This document shows positions 57,481-64,000 of a DNA stretch of 64,000 bases, in pieces (the first letter of the stretch is position 1; every line of letters begins with the position of its first letter). The notes under the pieces were generated by a model. That model was not told where the DNA came from. It saw only the letters and a program-made list of their open reading frames with translations, and did not search any database. Source of the stretch: Nitrospiraceae bacterium (GTDB lineage: Bacteria > Nitrospirota > Nitrospiria > Nitrospirales > Nitrospiraceae); contig JBFWWG010000002.1 of the NCBI GenBank assembly GCA_050246315.1, positions 96,001 to 160,000 on the forward strand, written 5' to 3'. Made by a program: the position numbers and the translations under genes.

Positions 57481-59366
57481 GAGAGTACCGTCACGGCAAC
57501 AATCACGATTGAGCCGGCGGCAAGGACCGCGGCATACCAGCGGACCCGCCCTGTTTGCGTTCGATGCAGCGCGCCATAACACTCTCGGCTGAGCCAGGTC
57601 AGGCCTTCATAGCCTCGATCGATCAGGTCATCCTTGTTTGTCCGAGCCACCCAAAGAAACGGACGTACGAACAAGAGGTCATACAGCCGGTCAAAGCCCC
57701 ACCCGGCAAACCACCAGCGCGACAAGGTCTCTCCCCACCGCGTCTCCGCCAACGTATCGACCAGGCCGGGGCGACCCAGAAACAGCAGGTACGCGGCGGC
57801 GATGCCAAACAGAGCGACGAACATGGTGAGAACTTGGAATAGAACCTCCGTTGTAACGGATGCCGTCGCGTCGATAGACGGCAGAACTTGGCCGACGAAT
57901 TCACCGAACAGGTGAACATCGCCGAGCGTTCTCGGCATCTGCATGAATCCGACCAGCAGTGCCCCTCCCGCAAGCGCGACCAGCGGGAGCTTTATCACCC
58001 AGCCGGGTGTTGATCCAACCGCCGATTTGGACTCTCCGAAGAAGACGCGGAACACAAGGCGAAAGCTGTACAGCGCCGTCAGTAAGGCACCGAGCATTCC
58101 GGCGCCCCAGAGCCAGACACCACCGATGGGCGAAGCCCAGGCTTCCCACAAGATCCAGTCCTTGCTGTAAAATCCGGCGGTCACGAGCGGAAAACCGGCC
58201 AGAGAAGCCGCGCCGGTGAGGAAGGTCCAGAACGCCACGGGAAGCGTCTTTCGCAGGCCGCCCATTTTGAAAATGTCATGCTCCTCGTGAAGACTCTGGA
58301 TCACGGCACCGGCGGCCAGAAACAACAGGGCCTTGAAGAACGCGTGGGTGGTGAAGTGAAAGAGCGCCGCCGCCCAAGCCCCCACTCCCAGCGCGAGGAA
58401 CATATAACCGATCTGGCTGATCGTCGAGTAGGCCAGCACGCGTTTGAGGTCGCGTTGCACCAGCGCGCTTGAGGCGGCCAGGAGCAGCGTGAGCGCCCCG
58501 ACAGCGGCAACGAGAGCCTGTATGGAGGGCGCGAGACTGTACAACACGTGGGTGCGCGCAATCAGATACACTCCCGCCGTCACCATCGTGGCCGCATGGA
58601 TCAGCGCGCTCACCGGCGTCGGACCGGCCATGGCGTCCGGGAGCCAGGTCTGTAACGGAAGCTGCGCCGACTTGCCAACCGCGCCACCGAGGAGCAAAGC
58701 CGACGCGGCAACGGCCAGGCTCGACCCGACCGGCCATTGTTCGACCGCGCGGGCCATGAGGTCTTGAATGTCCAGCGTGCCCAGATGCGTGAACAACAGG
58801 AAGAGTCCGATCGCGAGCGCGACGTCGCCGAGTCGCGTGACGATGAAGGCCTTCTGAGCCGCCGCTCCATTGGCCGGCTCGCGATACCAGAACCCAATCA
58901 ACAGGTAACTGCAAAGTCCGACCCCTTCCCAGCCCAGATACAACAGCAGCAAATTGTCCGCGAGCACGAGCGTCAACATCGCGGCCACGAACAGGTTCAT
59001 ATACGCGAAGAAGCGGCGGTACCCTTCGTCGCCGATCATGAACTCGGACGAATAGACGTGAATGAGAAACCCGACCAGGGTGATGACGACCGCCATCACG
59101 AGCGACAGCGGGTCCAGATAGAAACCGATGGCCGGCGCGAAGCCGGAAACGTCCAACCACGTCCATAGGGTTTGACTGTAAGCCCGCGCAGGAGGGCTCG
59201 AACCGATGAATGCAACCCCGACGAATCCGGTCAGGGTCATCGCGAGACCCACCGACCCGACTCCGACCAGCGCGATCATGGTGCGCGAGAACCGTCCGCC
59301 GGCCACGGCCAAGACCAGGAAGCCGATAAGAGGTAGCACTGGGATCAACCAGAGAAGGTCGAGCAT
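57477..59366 (-). CDS. nuoL: NADH:quinone oxidoreductase subunit L
   Basis: GWEGVG and KSAQLPL.TWLPDAMAGPTPVSALIHAATMV motifs. Confidence 0.97.
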   Translation of the reverse strand: MLDLLWLIPVLPLIGFLVLAVAGGRFSRTMIALVGVGSVGLAMTLTGFVGVAFIGSSPPARAYSQTLWTWLDVSGFAPAIGFYLDPLSLVMAVVITLVGFLIHVYSSEFMIGDEGYRRFFAYMNLFVAAMLTLVLADNLLLLYLGWEGVGLCSYLLIGFWYREPANGAAAQKAFIVTRLGDVALAIGLFLLFTHLGTLDIQDLMARAVEQWPVGSSLAVAASALLLGGAVGKSAQLPLQTWLPDAMAGPTPVSALIHAATMVTAGVYLIARTHVLYSLAPSIQALVAAVGALTLLLAASSALVQRDLKRVLAYSTISQIGYMFLALGVGAWAAALFHFTTHAFFKALLFLAAGAVIQSLHEEHDIFKMGGLRKTLPVAFWTFLTGAASLAGFPLVTAGFYSKDWILWEAWASPIGGVWLWGAGMLGALLTALYSFRLVFRVFFGESKSAVGSTPGWVIKLPLVALAGGALLVGFMQMPRTLGDVHLFGEFVGQVLPSIDATASVTTEVLFQVLTMFVALFGIAAAYLLFLGRPGLVDTLAETRWGETLSRWWFAGWGFDRLYDLLFVRPFLWVARTNKDDLIDRGYEGLTWLSRECYGALHRTQTGRVRWYAAVLAAGSIVIVAVTVLS

Positions 59367-59367
59367 C

Positions 59368-59688
59368 TCATCCCCACAGGCGGGAGATCGCATCGGCGTC
59401 GAGCGTCTTGGCATGCCGGTACAGTTGCAGCACCAGCGCCAGTCCGATCGCCACCTCCGCCGCCGCCAAGGTCAGGATAAAGAGAAACATGACCTGACCA
59501 TCCGCCTGTCCCCAATTGGCTCCCGCCACGATGAAGGCCAATCCGGCCGCGTTCAACATGATCTCCATCGACATCAACATGAAGATCAGGTTCCGTCGAA
59601 CCAGGAGCCCGATCAGTCCGAGCGCGAACAACATCCCGGCGAGCACCATGCCATGCGCGAGGGGCATCGACAGCGGCACGGTATCCAC
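59368..59688 (-). CDS. nuoK: NADH:quinone oxidoreductase subunit K
   Basis: RRN...E.MLNA, GQ and AAAE.A.GL motifs. Confidence 0.95.
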   Translation of the reverse strand: MDTVPLSMPLAHGMVLAGMLFALGLIGLLVRRNLIFMLMSMEIMLNAAGLAFIVAGANWGQADGQVMFLFILTLAAAEVAIGLALVLQLYRHAKTLDADAISRLWG

Positions 59689-59689
59689 C

Positions 59690-60196
59690 TCACAATTCCT
59701 CGTTCCTCACATGCCGTCCCAGATGATACGCGCCGACGAGGCCCGGTAGAAGGAGCATGGAGGCCAATTCGACACCGATCAGATAGGGACCGAGGAGCAC
59801 CACGCTCACCTGTTTGGGAGTTTGAACCACAATGACGTCGGCCTGGTTCAGGACGCCGGCGCCGAACAGATAAAGCCACTCGCCAACGAGGAGCGCCGAC
59901 AATACCGAAGGCCCGATCCACACCGCCGGTGTGAGCCATCCCGCCTCCCGGTCAATTGCCCGGCGTCCGAGGTTCAGCATCATGACCACGAAAATGAACA
60001 GGACCATGATGGCGCCGGCGTAAATCATCATCTCCAACATGGCGATGAACGGCGCGCCAAGAATGAAAAAGACCAGAGCCACAGCCAGAAAGGAGACGAT
60101 CAGGTAGAGCAGCGCATGCACCGCGTTGAGGCTGGTGACGACCAGGCCCGTCGCGACGACCGCCACGAGCCCTGCCAGGTAGAATGCGCCTGTCAT
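59690..60196 (-). CDS. nuoJ: NADH:quinone oxidoreductase subunit J
   Basis: [13 protein letters not shown] motif. Confidence 0.95.
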   Translation of the reverse strand: MTGAFYLAGLVAVVATGLVVTSLNAVHALLYLIVSFLAVALVFFILGAPFIAMLEMMIYAGAIMVLFIFVVMMLNLGRRAIDREAGWLTPAVWIGPSVLSALLVGEWLYLFGAGVLNQADVIVVQTPKQVSVVLLGPYLIGVELASMLLLPGLVGAYHLGRHVRNEEL

Positions 60197-60708
60197 GGCA
60201 ACAGGCCCCGCACATCAACGGGCGCCGCTTCATGCTCGGCTTCGCCCTTGTCTTTCCCGCCGATTTGAAGCCCGGACACCCGATAAAAGTTGTAGCCGGG
60301 GTATTTGCCTGTGCCGCTGATCAAAAGATCCTCCTTCTCGTAGACCAGGCTTCGCCGGTTGTGCTCGCTCATCTCGAAATCATTGGTGAGCTGGATCGCA
60401 TAGGTCGGGCAGGCCTCTTCGCAATACCCACAGAAAATGCAGCGCGAAAAGTTGATTCGGAACCAGGCCGGATAGCGACGGCCCTGTTCGTCTTCCGTCG
60501 CCTGGAGCGCGATGCAGTCCACCGGGCAGGCGACCGAGCAGAGATAACAGCCGACGCAGCGTTCCTCCCCGTCCGGATCGCGTGACAAAATGATGCGGCC
60601 TCGCCAGCGGGGCGGCAAGTAGAGCTTCTCGTCGGGGTACTGCACGGTGACCGGGCGCTTGAACGCATGGAGAAAGACCAGCCAGATTCCCTTCAACAGC
60701 TTCAGCAT
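60193..60708 (-). CDS. nuoI: NADH:quinone oxidoreductase subunit I
   Basis: Two CxxCxxCxxxCP motifs and an E. coli-like C-terminal GKYP.YNFYR. Confidence 0.96.
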   Translation of the reverse strand: MLKLLKGIWLVFLHAFKRPVTVQYPDEKLYLPPRWRGRIILSRDPDGEERCVGCYLCSVACPVDCIALQATEDEQGRRYPAWFRINFSRCIFCGYCEEACPTYAIQLTNDFEMSEHNRRSLVYEKEDLLISGTGKYPGYNFYRVSGLQIGGKDKGEAEHEAAPVDVRGLLP

Positions 60709-60720
60709 CTCATGGCTCGC

Positions 60721-61683
60721 TTACAGGCCAGACCGTCCGGCGACGACCAGCCCTCCGGTAATCACCAGGTTCACCAACGCCAACGGGAGCATGGCCTTCC
60801 ATCCGAACGCCATGAGTTGATCGAACCGAAGGCGCGGGAGTGTGGCTCGGAGCAGGATGAAGAGACCAATGAAGAAAAAGGTCTTGATCCAGAACCACAC
60901 GAATGGCGGGAGCCGGGGCCCCTGCCAGCCTCCGAAGAACAGCAGCGTGATCATGACCGATATCAGGATGATGCCCAGGTACTCCCCCACGAAAAACATG
61001 CCGAACTTCATGCCCGAATATTCCGTATGAAAGCCGGCGACCAATTCGGCTTCCGCCTCGGGGATGTCGAAGGGAACCCGTTTCGTTTCGGCCAGACCGG
61101 CCATCAGGAAAATGACGAACCCGATTGCCTGCGGGATGCAGAACCAGAGGTCTCGCTGCGCTTCCACGATGTCTCGGAGATTGAAGGATCCCGCCAGCAT
61201 CACGACCCCCATGAGCGACAGACCCATGAAGACCTCGTAGCTCAACATTTGTGCCGAGGCGCGGAGCCCTCCCAGCAGCGAGTACTTGTTGTTGGAGGCC
61301 CAGCCCGCGAGCACGACGCTGTAGACGGACAGCGACGACATGGCCAGAACAAACAGCAGACCGACATTCAGATCGGCCACGACGATGGACGGCGCGAACG
61401 GCACGACCGCAAACGACATGAGGACCGTGACGATGATGACGGCGGGCGCGATCACGAACACCGCCTTGTCGGCGAACGGCGGCACCCAGTCTTCTTTCAT
61501 GAAGATCTTGATCATGTCGGCCACCACCTGCAGCAGACCGAACGGGCCGACGCGGTTCGGACCGAGTCGATCTTGCCAGAATCCCAAGAGCCGACGCTCC
61601 AACCAGATCAAGATCGCGCTGAGCGTCAGCACGGTGGCCAGCACCCCGGCGATGACGAGGACCTCTGACAGGATATCGTTCAT
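60721..61683 (-). CDS. nuoH: NADH:quinone oxidoreductase subunit H
   Basis: ERR...QDR.GPNRVG, AQ..SYE and PFD.PEAE.EL motifs. Confidence 0.96.
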   Translation of the reverse strand: MNDILSEVLVIAGVLATVLTLSAILIWLERRLLGFWQDRLGPNRVGPFGLLQVVADMIKIFMKEDWVPPFADKAVFVIAPAVIIVTVLMSFAVVPFAPSIVVADLNVGLLFVLAMSSLSVYSVVLAGWASNNKYSLLGGLRASAQMLSYEVFMGLSLMGVVMLAGSFNLRDIVEAQRDLWFCIPQAIGFVIFLMAGLAETKRVPFDIPEAEAELVAGFHTEYSGMKFGMFFVGEYLGIILISVMITLLFFGGWQGPRLPPFVWFWIKTFFFIGLFILLRATLPRLRFDQLMAFGWKAMLPLALVNLVITGGLVVAGRSGL

Positions 61684-64000
61684 GGCTCTGCGACCCGCCT
61701 TACCGAACTCCATGCCGGGAGGACGGCATCGGTAAGGCCGGACACCATGGCGAGCCCCGCTGTACCGCGCGGAACGGCCGATTCCAGCCTCACGACGACA
61801 CGGTGCGATTGATCGCCGATTACGACTTCGACCTGTGCGTCGGCTTTGACTTGAAGCCTCGCCGCGTCGTCTGGATGCAACATCAAAGAGGCGTTCCGAG
61901 TCCGTTCTTCCACGGCGGAGGCGCGCGCACTCAATTCCTCACTCCCGAAAATCTGATACCAAGGAAGGATCAGCCACTCGTGAGCGCGAGGCTCAAAGAG
62001 CTTCGATGTGTCGCTAAAGTAAGCCACCATCCTCTTGCCGGACGGCTCGACCAGGCGGAGACCCGGCATCTCCTGTCGCAAGGAGCCGCCGATTTCACTT
62101 TGAAACTTGTTCAACGCTTGGACCGAATTCCAGCCGGGAGCCCAGTATCGGGTGATCAGCGGAGACGGCGGTTGCCCAAGGTAGCCTTCCATCGAAAACG
62201 ACAACGGCGAGTCTGGATCATCCGCTGGTTTGGGTTCGTGCATCGCCAAAGGTGCGTGCATGGCGGTTCGCCCCGTGAAGCGATGCGTCTGTCGAGGGAC
62301 TTTCTGACCGACCATGCGGAAAGTTTCCGACGGCGCGGTCTCTGTGAGCCGTTGAAACTCCGGGGTCGCCTGTGCAAGAGCCGATACGACGTCATCCAGA
62401 CTGTTCCAGACCGCCATATCTCGATTCGCGGAATGGCCTGACGCGATTGCCAGGTCCCGTATCCAGCGCCAGCTTTCCTGAATCTCCTCCTCAGGAGCAA
62501 AGACCTGGTAGAAACGTTGGGCTCGCCCTTCGTTGTTCACGAACGTGCCGTCCGATTCGGCGAACGTGCCGACCGGGAGCCACACATCGGCTTTGGCTGC
62601 GGTGTCGTGTTCCAGGTGATCGAGGAGGATGACCTTTCCTGCGGTATTCAGACAGGCATCCACCGAGACGACGGCGTTTCGACGGTATAGATCGTTCTCC
62701 AGAATAAGAATCGTGTCCGCCGTGCCCGTATTCACGGCGTCGAACGCCTCTTCGAGGCTCGTGCCTCCCAGCATGGCGAGACCCAGGCTGTTCGCCTCCG
62801 GGAGGGCATAGCAGAGCTTCGCATCGGTGCCGCCGCTGCAAAGGGCCCAGGCCACGTTCGCGGCCGCGCGAATCACCGCATCGCTCCGACACCCGGTTCC
62901 GGAGATGATGACAGGACGGACCGCCAGCCGCAGAGCGGCAGCAATGGACTCCGCCAGCGACTTGATCCGAGAGTAAGGAGCCTGGCCCTGCGGTGCCGCA
63001 TGATCCAGGTCATGCGCGACTACGAATCCGAGGGCCGCCAAATCGTCCGGCGCCCCGTGATAGGTTTCCGTCGCGATGTCCGCAAACCAGGTACCGTGCG
63101 GTGTGGCGATGAATAGCGGACCCGGTCGCGATTGGGCCGCCTCCCGCACAGCGGCGTCGTGCCAAGGTGGAATGCCCAGCTTGTCGATGACCTGCATCGA
63201 CCGTTGACGGACCGACTGTCGCACCGCCAAGGCCAAGCGAGGAGCCGTGTTGATCAAGTCCTCGCCAAGAACCAGCACCGCGTCTGCCTGCTCGACATCA
63301 CGGATCGAGGCCGGACGCGCCGGCCCGCGTTTCAGAATATCCAGAATGAGGGAAGCCAGACCGGCATCGGGCGCGGAGAGTCCATGAGAAAAGCGTTCCG
63401 GTCCGACCAACGCACGAAGCGCAAAATTGGCTTCGAGCGAGGCGCGCGGAGAGCCGATGCCGATGACGCGGTCACGCTTCTCGGCCAGCAGTGTTCCCAG
63501 TTCACGCAGGACCGGCTCCTTCTCCGTCGGAACGACCTGGATACTCCTGTTCGGACGAGACATCGCGCGACGGATGCGTCGCTCGCTGTTGACGAAGCCG
63601 TATCCGAAACGTCCACGATCGCAGAGAAAATACCCGTTGATCTCGCTATGGTATCGGTTGAGGATGCGCCGGAGCGTGCCGTACCGCTCGCCGGCGATCG
63701 TATTGCACCCCAGGCTGCAATGGACGCACAGGGACGGCGCGGTCTGCAGATCCCACTTGCGGGTGTAGTGACGCATCAAGGTCTTGTCATCGAACACCCC
63801 CGTCGGACAGACCTCGACGAGGTTGCCGCTGAATTCATTTTGCAACGTCCCGTCTTCCTGCCGGCCGAAGTACACATGGTTTCGAGAACCGAACGCGTTG
63901 AAATCCCGCCCGCCCGCATAGTCTCGGTAGAAGCGCACGCAACGATAACATTGAATGCAGCGATTCATTTCATGGGTGATGAACGGCCCCAAGTGCTGAT
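61680..64000 (-). CDS. nuoG: NADH:quinone oxidoreductase subunit G (5' part outside the window)
   Basis: LGPFI.HEMNRCI.CYRC, CPTG and N7-cluster motif CVHCSLGC...LCDRGRF. Confidence 0.93.
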   Translation of the reverse strand, partial: QHLGPFITHEMNRCIQCYRCVRFYRDYAGGRDFNAFGSRNHVYFGRQEDGTLQNEFSGNLVEVCPTGVFDDKTLMRHYTRKWDLQTAPSLCVHCSLGCNTIAGERYGTLRRILNRYHSEINGYFLCDRGRFGYGFVNSERRIRRAMSRPNRSIQVVPTEKEPVLRELGTLLAEKRDRVIGIGSPRASLEANFALRALVGPERFSHGLSAPDAGLASLILDILKRGPARPASIRDVEQADAVLVLGEDLINTAPRLALAVRQSVRQRSMQVIDKLGIPPWHDAAVREAAQSRPGPLFIATPHGTWFADIATETYHGAPDDLAALGFVVAHDLDHAAPQGQAPYSRIKSLAESIAAALRLAVRPVIISGTGCRSDAVIRAAANVAWALCSGGTDAKLCYALPEANSLGLAMLGGTSLEEAFDAVNTGTADTILILENDLYRRNAVVSVDACLNTAGKVILLDHLEHDTAAKADVWLPVGTFAESDGTFVNNEGRAQRFYQVFAPEEEIQESWRWIRDLAIASGHSANRDMAVWNSLDDVVSALAQATPEFQRLTETAPSETFRMVGQKVPRQTHRFTGRTAMHAPLAMHEPKPADDPDSPLSFSMEGYLGQPPSPLITRYWAPGWNSVQALNKFQSEIGGSLRQEMPGLRLVEPSGKRMVAYFSDTSKLFEPRAHEWLILPWYQIFGSEELSARASAVEERTRNASLMLHPDDAARLQVKADAQVEVVIGDQSHRVVVRLESAVPRGTAGLAMVSGLTDAVLPAWSSVRRVAEP

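Noticed and set aside
60667..61668. 333-aa plus-strand ORF opposite nuoH (and similar ORFs over nuoL/M/N)
   Set aside because: Codon-bias shadows of membrane-protein genes.
1..64000. CRISPR array, rRNA, transposase, integrase or prophage genes
   Set aside because: No regularly spaced repeats or diagnostic motifs found by eye.

Overview
Bacterial chromosomal window of roughly 60% GC. The gene content suggests a Nitrospira-like organism, but that is inference only. Housekeeping genes: clpB, comM/yifB, tRNA-Leu(TAA), lgt, addAB, lemA-TPM-TPM, lnt-prfB (+1 frameshift)-lysS-lolC/E-lolD, and the 3' part of an E. coli-type complex I operon (nuoG partial, then nuoH-N). An accessory-looking stretch at about 25-37.7 kb carries an archaeal-type topoisomerase VI operon (top6B-top6A). 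Its B subunit has a disordered C-terminal tail containing QLPLF, a match to the bacterial sliding-clamp-binding motif. Just upstream is a 152-nt rod-shaped, 6S-like RNA with its own sigma70 promoter. The same stretch holds a four-gene lipoprotein operon (one BamE-like gene plus three paralogues) and secreted Cys-rich and Pro-rich proteins. Reading the DNA directly also gave two microproteins missing from the ORF track (a 52-aa Zn-ribbon and a 58-aa protein) and a MITE-like element family (two full copies and one end fragment, flanked by CTAA/CTAG). No CRISPR array, rRNA or intact transposase was seen.
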